Position numbers and translations under genes: made by a program. From positions 223,407-287,406 of the IMG/VR virus record IMGVR_UViG_3300013104_000001: 64,000 nt of DNA. The stretch is one strand, 5' to 3'. The notes beneath the pieces are model-generated. The model did no database searches. It saw only the letters and a program-made list of their open reading frames with translations, and had not been told where the DNA came from. Shown here piece by piece: positions 10,156 to 19,069 of this stretch. Positions within the stretch are counted from its first letter, which is position 1. Each line of letters begins with the position of its first letter.

Positions 10156-10488
10156 ATGACTACAGAGCCAAGACTTGTTGTTATCGGTGCCGGCTATCCA
10201 ATTAGCACTGCATCTCTCATCGAACGTTTGACGGGTTTTTACGAACGCGTAGAATTATGGTCATTGGAAGACTTCCATCGTCGTCACGCAGGGCCGGGCG
10301 GGTACATGCATGAGCTCACCCAGGCATTACTGCAAAAGACCATGCAACGCCAGAACATGGGCAAGACCACAGAGTACTGGTACAACTTCATTGAGATGCG
10401 TGACCGTGAAGTCGAGCGTGGTTTGCATCGCCCACCAAAGAAAGCGCATTGCACTACTCGCCGTCGTGGGAGGAAATGCAAAAAATGA
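10156..10488 (+). CDS. Hypothetical protein with a basic C-terminal tail
   Basis: AAGGA RBS before the ATG at 10156. The protein ends PPKKAHCTTRRRGRKCKK. Confidence 0.65.
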   Translation: MTTEPRLVVIGAGYPISTASLIERLTGFYERVELWSLEDFHRRHAGPGGYMHELTQALLQKTMQRQNMGKTTEYWYNFIEMRDREVERGLHRPPKKAHCTTRRRGRKCKK

Positions 10489-10826
10489 ACATCGCCGATC
10501 GTGATCTCCGGTACTGCTTGATTAAAGTGAGTCGTCGGTTACGTGATGGCGACAGTCGTAATGCATCGCGCTGCATGATGCGCTATGTCGAACAGAAAGT
10601 GGTTGAACATGACCTCCCCGCTATTGATCGTCTTTTAATAGCTTGCTTGGAAAAGCACGTAGCACTAAAAGAGATCAACAAGGTTGTCTTGCTCAGAACC
10701 TGTTGGCGTTTACGTCACAGTTTGGAATGGTATCCTGAAGCTTTGAGTCGTTGGCGGAATGAACTCAAAGAAGCGGGATTAGAGAATCTATTAATAGGAA
10801 TGAGTGATGACCGATTATACCAGTGA
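10485..10826 (+). CDS. Hypothetical protein
   Basis: GGAGG RBS and an ATGA overlap with the upstream stop codon. Confidence 0.65.
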   Translation: MNIADRDLRYCLIKVSRRLRDGDSRNASRCMMRYVEQKVVEHDLPAIDRLLIACLEKHVALKEINKVVLLRTCWRLRHSLEWYPEALSRWRNELKEAGLENLLIGMSDDRLYQ

Positions 10827-11175
10827 CCTTTATAAGGCGATCAGTTGTAAGACCCCAACCAAAGGCAGTGAGTTTTATGTCGATGACTTCGGTGATCTGT
10901 GGTTACTGATTCCTCGTCTCAACCGTTTTGGTGAACAGTCGGTATTTCGTCAGTATGCGGGTAATCTGACCATCCAGGGTAAAGCTGGCGGAATGTACAG
11001 CAATGCGACGTATATCGGCCAGTTCATGCCGACCTACCATTTGTTCCTGCAGCAGCAGACCACAGCGATCGACATAGCCGCTCTACAACGCTATGTAATG
11101 ACGCGTGCAGCAAAAGTGGTAGCGCGTTACCAACGTAAAGCAAAACCTTTCCAGGAGGCTTACAATGGCCGATAA
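10807..11175 (+). CDS. Hypothetical protein
   Basis: Overlapping, operon-style ORF of about 122 aa. Confidence 0.65.
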   Translation: MTDYTSDLYKAISCKTPTKGSEFYVDDFGDLWLLIPRLNRFGEQSVFRQYAGNLTIQGKAGGMYSNATYIGQFMPTYHLFLQQQTTAIDIAALQRYVMTRAAKVVARYQRKAKPFQEAYNGR

Positions 11176-11536
11176 TCCATTCCTTCTTCCTGATGGTACG
11201 GTGGATATCCTCGCTGTGACCAATCGTTCTAAAAGGCATAATACACCGATTGAAGGTGAGCTGATCAGTAAGGACCCATGCACTGGTCTGCTGGAAGATT
11301 TTGGTAAAGTAGTTGAGCGTGATCTGACCCAACGGTTAACACCAATAGAGGGCGAGGTCATCACACCGGCGGATGAGGCAAAAGAACGGTCTGACAATGC
11401 AGCGATGATCGTTGAAGTTGGTCTCGCTGTTCTTGCTACGGGTAACTACGTTGCACTGCCTCCTATCTGGGATGGTAGTGATGTCGAAAAGGAAGTCAAA
11501 GACATCACCGCATTACAAATTGAAAAGAAGGATTGA
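11165..11536 (+). CDS. Hypothetical protein with an internal TPIEGE repeat
   Basis: GGAGG RBS. Contains both TPIEGELI and TPIEGEVI. Confidence 0.65.
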   Translation: MADNPFLLPDGTVDILAVTNRSKRHNTPIEGELISKDPCTGLLEDFGKVVERDLTQRLTPIEGEVITPADEAKERSDNAAMIVEVGLAVLATGNYVALPPIWDGSDVEKEVKDITALQIEKKD

Positions 11537-11539
11537 TTG

Positions 11540-12229
11540 ATGAACTGGTTACAGAAACTGGTAAGTAAAGTGTTTGGCGTTAGGCGGTATAAACCAGTCA
11601 CTTTTGATCGTCCGGCTAAATCAGTTGGCTTTGAAGCAGCGGGACAAAAGGTAGTGGATGAAGCGAAAGTCAATACGCCCTGGGAAGATGCTGCTGAAAC
11701 AATCCGAAACAATCGAATGTTCGGAACTATACCGCCTGTCGCACAGAAGCCCGCAACTGTACAACTAAGGCCAATCGATGTTATTGGCCGGCTACCACCC
11801 GGTACCTCTGTTGAGCAGTTCTTGGCGATGTATAAAGATCTTAGCCAATACGATACGGTGTTTATTGCCGACATGATGTGGGCTTGGATAGATGGTAAAT
11901 GGGTTAACATGACCGGGTCACCTAAAGGTAATGTGTCAAAGACAGTTAACCGCACCAATCACTGCTCTCGTCCGATGATGTCGCCAGCCCGTCGTGATGA
12001 TCGCAATGATCACGATCCCTTGCTTGATACATTGATTATAACGCAGGCTGTTTCAGACAACACGTCTTACCGTAATTCGCATTCTCGTCAGGATTCACAT
12101 CGTTATGAAGATTCATCTCCGACGCATCATCACACGCCGTCACATTCCCATAGTCACGATCACAATCGTCATGACGATAACAGTGGTTATGACAGCAATG
12201 GATCTGATAACGGCGGTTCGTCTGATTGA
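11540..12229 (+). CDS. Hypothetical protein with an H/S/D/G-rich disordered C-terminus
   Basis: About 229 aa. It ends ...HHHTPSHSHSHDHNRHDDNSGYDSNGSDNGGSSD and begins with an amphipathic NWLQKLVSKVFG. Confidence 0.7.
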   Translation: MNWLQKLVSKVFGVRRYKPVTFDRPAKSVGFEAAGQKVVDEAKVNTPWEDAAETIRNNRMFGTIPPVAQKPATVQLRPIDVIGRLPPGTSVEQFLAMYKDLSQYDTVFIADMMWAWIDGKWVNMTGSPKGNVSKTVNRTNHCSRPMMSPARRDDRNDHDPLLDTLIITQAVSDNTSYRNSHSRQDSHRYEDSSPTHHHTPSHSHSHDHNRHDDNSGYDSNGSDNGGSSD

Positions 12230-12268
12230 TCAACTAAATTAACCCTCTGTTATAAAAGGAAGAGCAAC

Positions 12269-13036
12269 ATGTCACAGAAGAACAGCGCTCCAAAAATTAA
12301 CTTAATCGATATTTTAGACGGCGAAGGTAGCTTCTATATTCCGAACGCTAATGGTCGTCGTTACGATCCTACTGCGCTTCGTAATGCACTGGATAAGCTT
12401 CGGATTGACAGACGTTATTTCAATTCATTCCAGAGTCATCCTTACCCTCGCAAGAGTCTGCTGGTAGAGTACGGCACTCTTTTACGGGAAGAACCTGGCT
12501 ATCGCGGCACGCCTGCATGCCGCCATCCGTTCATGCGCGAGATGGCATTACGATTTGGTGTGGCACTGGAGTCGGCCAGCCTCAGCGCACATCGTCAGAC
12601 CGGTAAGTCGAACTTTATGTTTCATCGCATGGCGCAGTACCATACCTGGTATCTGAATGAAGCGGCTGATATAAAGGCAAGCAAGCCGGTCCCTATCGAC
12701 CTTACCTGTTACCTGAAACTAATAACAGGTAAAGATGTCTGGGAGCCGGATTGGTTAAGTGGGACTGGGGTGTCGTGGTCTTATCCAATGGAATTACTAA
12801 GAGCTGGCGTGGGTAAATCAATGCTCTATTCGATGGCATCTGGAATGAAACTGCATCTGAAAAGTAATCAGCGTAAGCACTGGGCTAGTCCATGGATCTA
12901 TCACGATAATGTCAATCGTGGACCTGCGGGTTTCTGGCCAGACACAATAGAGTATGGCATGGCAAGCAACGGTCCAGCTATCACCGCGCAGTTCAATCGT
13001 GAGCGTCAGGGCAAACCTAAGAGAGGGAGAGCGTAA
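12269..13036 (+). CDS. Hypothetical protein with two P-loop-like peptides and a basic tail
   Basis: 255 aa with an AAGGA RBS. Contains HRQTGKS and RAGVGKS and ends RQGKPKRGRA. Confidence 0.7.
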   Translation: MSQKNSAPKINLIDILDGEGSFYIPNANGRRYDPTALRNALDKLRIDRRYFNSFQSHPYPRKSLLVEYGTLLREEPGYRGTPACRHPFMREMALRFGVALESASLSAHRQTGKSNFMFHRMAQYHTWYLNEAADIKASKPVPIDLTCYLKLITGKDVWEPDWLSGTGVSWSYPMELLRAGVGKSMLYSMASGMKLHLKSNQRKHWASPWIYHDNVNRGPAGFWPDTIEYGMASNGPAITAQFNRERQGKPKRGRA

Positions 13037-14226
13037 TGGCTTTAGATCAAGAGTATTACGAAAAGGCATTAGGGATCTTGACATCTAAAGGTTTCTCTGA
13101 TAAAGAAGCTGACCAGATTGCCACGACACTCTCTGTGTATTTGCCGATGCGTTTCATCAAAGCTGATGATTGGGCGACCATGCCTTACGATCAACATCCC
13201 GCTAATCCACTGGCATTTAAGCACATGCCCTTGCTTGACAAGATACCTGAATTAAAGAAGCCAGTGATCCTTCGGATGCCAACGGATTTCACTTACACCA
13301 CCTACGGGCAGGAGTACTGTCCTGGTCCAGATGCACCTACCTATACTACTGGGCCTGATGGCTACACCCATCATCCGGTTGGCTGGACAAGTGGGATTGT
13401 TGGGCCAACAGGTGTTTCTGGCGAGGCTGGCTTTGAGGAAGTTGATGATCTCGAAGTCAGTGACTTAACCTTTAACTTCACAAACCGACAGCGCGATGAT
13501 GCTGGATTCCGTCTGCCTGTTCAATCACTAATCAGTCAGTTCACTATCGTGGTGGCTATTGGCGGTAAGGCAACTGAAATGACATTGGAAAGCTTCATTC
13601 AGAAAATGGGAGGTTATGACAAAATCCCTGCTTCTGCACGAGCCGCTATCGACCACGTCATGGAGCACTATCACAACACCCCTGTGGAATTCGGCGGCAC
13701 GCTTGAAGGCGCAATGCCGTCAATGTCGATACGCGAACTACCGGGCGGTGTATCACCAAAGGAAGCTGAGTATCTAAAGCTTAATGACCTCAGTGATATC
13801 GAAGGGATCAAACGTGCTTATCCGAATATAGATGAAGAGACTGCTCAAAGTCTGTCGGATCTGCAACGTAAGATCGATCAGCGTCTGGGCCGTCACTGCC
13901 ATGAGCCAGCTGACGTTGAAATGTTTGGTCTACCTCGGGTCTTACCTGAAGTGGTTCAGCAAGCTCAACGTCAGTATCGTGGCAGTCTGTTTGAGAAGTT
14001 CTTAGCCGATGAACCAATCGAAGAACCTCATGACGCCATCGTGAAGATCCTGAGGCACTCTGTTCGCCACCTGGGTCATGGATTCCAGATTACCACCCCG
14101 TTGTTTGGCCAGTCCTACAAGAACCCTACCGGGCCACAGACCATGCCAGGTTTGGAGAAAGGCCCGAACGGCAAACCACATCGTCGTAAGAAAGGAAAGG
14201 GGAAACGCTATGAGCGCGGATACTGA
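13036..14226 (+). CDS. Hypothetical protein with a basic C-terminal tail
   Basis: 396 aa with a TAATG overlap. It ends GPNGKPHRRKKGKGKRYERGY. Confidence 0.75.
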   Translation: MALDQEYYEKALGILTSKGFSDKEADQIATTLSVYLPMRFIKADDWATMPYDQHPANPLAFKHMPLLDKIPELKKPVILRMPTDFTYTTYGQEYCPGPDAPTYTTGPDGYTHHPVGWTSGIVGPTGVSGEAGFEEVDDLEVSDLTFNFTNRQRDDAGFRLPVQSLISQFTIVVAIGGKATEMTLESFIQKMGGYDKIPASARAAIDHVMEHYHNTPVEFGGTLEGAMPSMSIRELPGGVSPKEAEYLKLNDLSDIEGIKRAYPNIDEETAQSLSDLQRKIDQRLGRHCHEPADVEMFGLPRVLPEVVQQAQRQYRGSLFEKFLADEPIEEPHDAIVKILRHSVRHLGHGFQITTPLFGQSYKNPTGPQTMPGLEKGPNGKPHRRKKGKGKRYERGY

Positions 14227-15016
14227 TAAAACTGGACCTATTCCAGATATGCGTACTGTACCATGGGCTGAGCAAAGTGATCAGAACTTGCTTTGTCGTA
14301 ACGGCGAACCCATGCACTACGTCATTGTCGATTACGGTATAGGTGGCGAAGCCAAGGCGTATGCCGAGCTGATGGAAATCAATAAACGTTTACCGACTGT
14401 GACGGCGGAGTTGGTTCAGGCACGTGATTTCACACACGCTTATAAGGCACAGCTGTATGCCTCTGAGCGTAATTGGATCCTGGTGCATATTTGTAATACG
14501 TTAGCCTGGCGCGGGCACGGGATGTGGATTACTCGTCATACCGGTGACATCGTGGCTTATCACGGTGGTTCAGGCGACAAGGGCTGGTGCGCACCTATGG
14601 ACCCAGGGATGGTTTACAGTAACGATTACGCCAATCCTCAGCTTAGTAAGCATAGTTTCATAAAGGGACTGGAGGAGACTTTGGAGCATGGTTCTCCTTT
14701 GGATTATCCTAAACAGATCTTTGTGGCGGAGAATACCACCGACGATAAGGATTTCCGTAAGTTTGTTGATCGCATTAAGACATTGGTGAAACAGTACGAT
14801 ATCAAAGTCATACTGAAGCCGTATGAACAGTTAATCATGCAAGCGCCAGATACCTGGTCTAATGTCTTCCTCGGTTTGGAAAAGGACCGTGCACAACACG
14901 AGTCTATTTTGCAAATCATGTCCCTGAAAGTAAGAAAGGAAATCAAAAATGGACCTAAGAAACCTCTCGAAGGACTCAAAGGTGATACCGGTTACCATGG
15001 ACGATCACGGCGTTAG
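14210..15016 (+). CDS. Hypothetical protein
   Basis: The ATG at 14210 follows an AAGGGG RBS. About 268 aa, ending KNGPKKPLEGLKGDTGYHGRSRR. Confidence 0.7.
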   Translation: MSADTDKTGPIPDMRTVPWAEQSDQNLLCRNGEPMHYVIVDYGIGGEAKAYAELMEINKRLPTVTAELVQARDFTHAYKAQLYASERNWILVHICNTLAWRGHGMWITRHTGDIVAYHGGSGDKGWCAPMDPGMVYSNDYANPQLSKHSFIKGLEETLEHGSPLDYPKQIFVAENTTDDKDFRKFVDRIKTLVKQYDIKVILKPYEQLIMQAPDTWSNVFLGLEKDRAQHESILQIMSLKVRKEIKNGPKKPLEGLKGDTGYHGRSRR

Positions 15017-15245
15017 TGATCGCGATACCATCGAGCATCAAATTATCGTAGCCAATCGTTATGAGGGGTCAACCGATGATTTGGTTCAGCAAGTGAAAGA
15101 TCGTGTAGCACGTGGTGGATTGGTATTTAACACCGGCGACGACATTGATCAAAGCAGCTGGACACCTGAGAAAGTGGCTGAGTTGAAACGCGTCGTTCAA
15201 CACATCCGTGACTCAGAACAAAGCGTCAAACATGGCCAGGGGTAA
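14949..15245 (+). CDS. Hypothetical protein
   Basis: 98 aa with an AAGGA RBS, followed by a terminator. The start could instead be 14997. Confidence 0.55.
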   Translation: MDLRNLSKDSKVIPVTMDDHGVSDRDTIEHQIIVANRYEGSTDDLVQQVKDRVARGGLVFNTGDDIDQSSWTPEKVAELKRVVQHIRDSEQSVKHGQG

Positions 15246-15262
15246 TCCCTGGCTTTATGCCA
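15235..15262 (+). terminator. Hairpin followed by TTTATGCCA
   Basis: GCCAGGG-GTAAT-CCCTGGC-TTTATGCCA. Confidence 0.7.
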
Positions 15263-15280
15263 TCCATTGGAGATAGTTAA

Positions 15281-15724
15281 ATGGACGCAAGCAATATGGT
15301 TACGGCAGGGTTATTGTTCCTAGCATTTATCGTTATTGGAGCCTCCTGTCTTTGTCGTTATTTGGTGCATGATAATGACCGGTATGCAATCGGTTCGCGT
15401 AGAGCACTGTGTCGTTTAGCAAAGAAGCTGAACCACGCAATCCATCTGCCCCGCACATCGACTAACTTAGGTCCAGTTGAAATGGCCTTGGGAACATCAT
15501 TGTCTCACTTCGAGGATATCACAGGTAAGATAAAGGATGACGCGGCACGGGCTCAGGTAGAACTTAGCTTCATGGTTGTCCGCGGTGCTATGCCTGGTCT
15601 TCCTCTTCGTATCTGTGTTGATGACACCATTTTCTGTTTCGATGAAGATGGTTATAATCAACAAGCCGTATTGAAGTCACTTAAGGATTTTAATAACTCT
15701 TTAAGTAAAGTCAGTAAAAGTTAA
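15281..15724 (+). CDS. Hypothetical membrane-anchored protein
   Basis: 147 aa with a GGAG RBS and an N-terminal hydrophobic helix, VTAGLLFLAFIVIGASCLC. Confidence 0.7.
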   Translation: MDASNMVTAGLLFLAFIVIGASCLCRYLVHDNDRYAIGSRRALCRLAKKLNHAIHLPRTSTNLGPVEMALGTSLSHFEDITGKIKDDAARAQVELSFMVVRGAMPGLPLRICVDDTIFCFDEDGYNQQAVLKSLKDFNNSLSKVSKS

Positions 15725-15734
15725 TCGCAAATAG

Positions 15735-15751
15735 TTTCAAATCTATATCAC
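15735..15751 (+). promoter_or_regulatory. Putative early promoter variant, TTTCAAATCTATATCAC
   Basis: Resembles the motif at 4388, 23474 and 63391 and lies upstream of the gene at 15803. Confidence 0.5.
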
Positions 15752-15802
15752 GTCGGAGAATGACCTCTCACTATTTAACCAAACTGTATTAGGGAAATAA
15801 AG

Positions 15803-16243
15803 ATGAAACTGACTATTTGGGTGGCGATCGTTTTTGGTGTGTTGTTTGCAGGATGTGTGCGAGCAGAAGACAGTACGCGAGAAGTGGGTGGTTGGTATGC
15901 TGAGTACAACACAGCATCGGTGCACTACTCGACCGCAAATAAGAAAGAACAGGAACTCACCATGGAATGCCTGTTGGGTGACTGGACGTTTGCGTATGCA
16001 GATAAGATGGGCGAAGAAACAAATTCCGTGGATGACAAAATGACAATCGTGGTCGACGGTGCAGCTTATGCTGTGCCGAAGACCCAGAAACAACGTGATG
16101 TCCTTTATGCCGCAATTGCCCATGCGAAGAAAGGTATTCAGTTCCGTACTCACCAGTTTGGTGATTCGGATGTCTTCCCGGTAAAAGGTTTAGCAGTATT
16201 ATTCCAGGACTTGCCGTTTGAAGTGAGTCCTTGCATTAGTTAA
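15803..16243 (+). CDS. Exported protein or lipoprotein
   Basis: Signal peptide MKLTIWVAIVFGVLFAG-C, with a lipobox-like FAGC or a signal peptidase I site at VRA. Confidence 0.7.
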   Translation: MKLTIWVAIVFGVLFAGCVRAEDSTREVGGWYAEYNTASVHYSTANKKEQELTMECLLGDWTFAYADKMGEETNSVDDKMTIVVDGAAYAVPKTQKQRDVLYAAIAHAKKGIQFRTHQFGDSDVFPVKGLAVLFQDLPFEVSPCIS

Positions 16244-16286
16244 TCTTTCTGTATAACCACTCATTCAGTTTATTAGGAGTATAATC

Positions 16287-16991
16287 ATGATTACCGTTAC
16301 TGATGCTGTAAAGCGTCGTTTTCGTTTAGAGCGTATTATTGCCAACGTTCGACGTGATGGCTGGACAGGCAAGGACATCGAGTTCGTTATTAAGAGCGAT
16401 GATAGCGCCTCGATCAATGACACCACCCGTGGCGGCCCCAACCGCATGACAGCGACTTACCTGATCATGGGTAACCGTGCTGAAGTGAGTGTAACCGTTC
16501 ATGCCGAAACGAACAGCCACGACGGTATCAAAGATATCTGCGCGACCATCCGTGATGCTCAGGGTAAAGAGCTCGAAATCAGTGACGTGCGTTTCGCGGT
16601 GACAACTGAACTACAGGAATGCATGCTGCGTGTTGAACAGACACCGGCCTCTGTGCTTGATGGTCTGGTAGGCGGGCCGATGGGCGATCCAACGCATATG
16701 TTCATCATCGACGAAAGCTACAACGTATTTGTCGGTACCGAGAACGATACCCAAGCCGACTATACCTTGGCTGGTTGTCTGATTGCTAATCTCAGTTCTC
16801 ACAATGCCGAGGCCAATGGCATGGAAATCATCGGGAGTTATCCTGATGAAGATGGTCACCATCACTATGTTTCAATCTACTGGGATGCACCGTTTGTTTC
16901 TAACGTGACACCTAGTGAGAAAGATGCATGGTTTAAACATCTGGATGCATTAGTCACACTACTGCTGGAAAAGATTAAAGTTTCAGTGTAA
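16287..16991 (+). CDS. Hypothetical protein
   Basis: 234 aa with an AGGAG RBS and a terminator downstream. Confidence 0.75.
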   Translation: MITVTDAVKRRFRLERIIANVRRDGWTGKDIEFVIKSDDSASINDTTRGGPNRMTATYLIMGNRAEVSVTVHAETNSHDGIKDICATIRDAQGKELEISDVRFAVTTELQECMLRVEQTPASVLDGLVGGPMGDPTHMFIIDESYNVFVGTENDTQADYTLAGCLIANLSSHNAEANGMEIIGSYPDEDGHHHYVSIYWDAPFVSNVTPSEKDAWFKHLDALVTLLLEKIKVSV

Positions 16992-16999
16992 GTAATATC

Positions 17000-17032
17000 A
17001 GGTAGGGGGCATACTCCCTACCTTTATTTTTT
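17000..17032 (+). terminator. Classical intrinsic terminator
   Basis: AGGTAGGG-loop-CCCTACCT followed by TTATTTTTT. Confidence 0.85.
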
Positions 17033-17107
17033 GTGGTAATCTGCCACAGAAAAACTGTTGGTAATACTACCGACGGTATTCACTCAATAAACTGCGAGGA
17101 ATAAACG

Positions 17108-17713
17108 ATGTCTAAATTTGATGATCGGGTTAAAAGGTTACAGGAGTTCGGCAAGAATGCAAGACCTAGCTTTGTTGAAAAGCTGGATGACGTAACCAAG
17201 ATTAAACACGGGTGTCTCGATATAACGTACAAACGCTATCCGACGCCTGATGCAGAAATAGAGATTTTCTATAAAGAGAAGATTCTCTTAGCGCGTAAAC
17301 CCAATCTGACCGAAGCATTAGAGTACGCTTATGTCGGTGTTACCCTATCTAACCCGCTACTGGGCGACTGGTGCTACGGATATGAGAAGGATGATGTGTT
17401 ATCACATATCACCGATATGTTGAAAATGTTGGGGGTAGAGGTACCGCGTCCAAATGTAGACACCCGTCTCATCACAGGTATCCATCGTAGCATTCAGTTA
17501 CGCACTGAAGAGGGTTACCTTCATCCTAAAGAAGAAGACATCCGGGTAACAGTGCATCGTTGCATCCCTGCGAACTGGGGCGCACTAGTCACAACGATCT
17601 CGTTATCTAACTGGAATGTGACTATCAGTCAGAAGTTCAATGAATATGGTCATGACGGTCTGATCAACTTGGATGAATTGGCGCGTAAGTTATATGCGAA
17701 ACACTTTGAATAA
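17108..17713 (+). CDS. Hypothetical protein
   Basis: 201 aa with a GAGGA RBS. Confidence 0.75.
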   Translation: MSKFDDRVKRLQEFGKNARPSFVEKLDDVTKIKHGCLDITYKRYPTPDAEIEIFYKEKILLARKPNLTEALEYAYVGVTLSNPLLGDWCYGYEKDDVLSHITDMLKMLGVEVPRPNVDTRLITGIHRSIQLRTEEGYLHPKEEDIRVTVHRCIPANWGALVTTISLSNWNVTISQKFNEYGHDGLINLDELARKLYAKHFE

Positions 17714-17723
17714 CGAGGTTAAG

Positions 17724-18125
17724 ATGGGCAACGCATATTGTAAAGTCGTAGCGATTCACGGCATCTATGTCCATAGTGCGGCAATGGAAGCAATTTCAGC
17801 GAAGTATAAAAAGTGCTTTCGTTTGGCATACAACTTCGTCAATGCTACCCAGCTATCGCAGCAACTCAAGTTAGCGTCACGCAACAGCGAGATCCTGATC
17901 GTTGATACCAGCGAATTCACCCGCCGGGCATTGGTCAATTTGGATGAGCAGTTCTATTGCATCTATCCAGGTGGTGAGCAACCCACCGAAGCTTCACAGA
18001 AACACCAACGTGGTTGCCGTATGACGCCTCACTGTATGCATATTGAAATCGGCGATATAAACGATTTTGAGAGCCTTAAGTGGGAAATACGACCTGATGC
18101 TGGTATTCGCATCACACGTCCTTAG
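17724..18125 (+). CDS. Hypothetical protein
   Basis: The ATG at 17724 follows a GAGGT RBS. 133 aa. Confidence 0.7.
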   Translation: MGNAYCKVVAIHGIYVHSAAMEAISAKYKKCFRLAYNFVNATQLSQQLKLASRNSEILIVDTSEFTRRALVNLDEQFYCIYPGGEQPTEASQKHQRGCRMTPHCMHIEIGDINDFESLKWEIRPDAGIRITRP

Positions 18126-18127
18126 GA

Positions 18128-18166
18128 CGGCATATAACCCCTCCGTAATGGAGGGGCTTTTATGAC
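18128..18166. terminator. Bidirectional terminator, CGGCATA-hairpin-TTTTATGAC
   Basis: CCCCTCC-GTAAT-GGAGGGG between convergent genes. Confidence 0.85.
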
Positions 18167-18182
18167 ACTGCTTTTTTTTTTA

Positions 18183-18579
18183 TTACAATACCAACCCCTG
18201 AGCGAGCTGGGAACTATATTGAGTGACATGATAGTTCGCAGATTTCTCAAGCTGTTCGGTACAGCGATAAACACGCGGTTTCATTAACGGAATTCCAGCC
18301 GCCGTTAATACCCGTTGGTTGTCGGTATTCTCGTCAACTTTGATCGTGACCTCCGTTGTTTGAAAACCGAAGACTTCACGTTTGACCGCACGGTACTCTG
18401 CATCAAGACAAACAATCTTGTTATTCAGAACCAACCGTACACAAACAGGGTACGTGGTAGTAAAACGACTACCCAACCCAGATAAGGCAACCTTAAGCAA
18501 AGCTTGTTTCATTGTTTGCAGCATGTGTGTAGTTTCCACGAATGATGGAAGAAGTAATGTAATGGGGGAAAGTATCCAT
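18183..18579 (-). CDS. Hypothetical protein; the best start (ATG 18579) is out of frame by one base at a C5 run
   Basis: The ORF 18539-18183 has no clear RBS. The GAGGGG RBS with ATG at 18579 joins it if one C is removed from 18564-18568. Confidence 0.5.
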
Positions 18580-18598
18580 CTTGTCCCCTCATAATAAT

Positions 18599-19069
18599 TT
18601 ATTTGCCGGCCAACTTTGCAAGTTCTTCATGTAACTTTTTCATTTCTTTCTGACCGTCAGGTAACTCTTTGTTGAAGTCAGCTAATCCGTACATAAGTTC
18701 TTTACGCTTACAGTACGGGTACTTCATCCATTGCTGGAATGATAAACCGAATTTGCCCAGTATATCACATCTTAGATATTCTAAAACATAATTTCGGTAT
18801 CCGACCAGATCCAGACTGTTCTCCTGCTCTGACTGCATCACGAGAGAGAAAGGCGATGTCTCTGCGTCATGATCGACAATACCAAAGGTATCGTCGTAGA
18901 GTTCAGTCATACGGATCAACGGATATTCCCGATGGGCCGTCAGGAACTTGGGATCATCTAATGCCTTATCCCAAGCATCACTGCGATCAGTAACGTCTAA
19001 ACCGAAATCCCAATGGATTAGATGTCGGCTTGTTCGAACGTCTGATTCAACGTATTCACCATGAGGGTA
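18599..19069 (-). CDS. -1 frame extension of the gp77-like protein (gp76 position); tail/baseplate assembly chaperone 'GT/E-prime'-like domain
   Basis: The frame is open from a TAA at 19081-19079 to 18599, with no ATG/GTG/TTG for about 50 codons after the slippery run. The C-terminal FGLSFQQWMKYPYCKRKELM resembles P2 GpE'/T4 gp51-type motifs. Confidence 0.7.
   Translation of the reverse strand, partial: YPHGEYVESDVRTSRHLIHWDFGLDVTDRSDAWDKALDDPKFLTAHREYPLIRMTELYDDTFGIVDHDAETSPFSLVMQSEQENSLDLVGYRNYVLEYLRCDILGKFGLSFQQWMKYPYCKRKELMYGLADFNKELPDGQKEMKKLHEELAKLAGK

Noticed and set aside
14078-14209. Extended N-termini in the ORF track (also at 4419, 10114, 24767, 42288, 53330 and 61306)
   Set aside because: Downstream ATGs have clear RBSs and avoid long overlaps with neighbouring genes or terminators, so the starts were reassigned.
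17724-18125. Resemblance to small phage P-loop kinase-like proteins (ILIVD..RRAL..FYCIYP)
   Set aside because: There is no Walker A GKS/T, and the similarity is too weak to assign a function.
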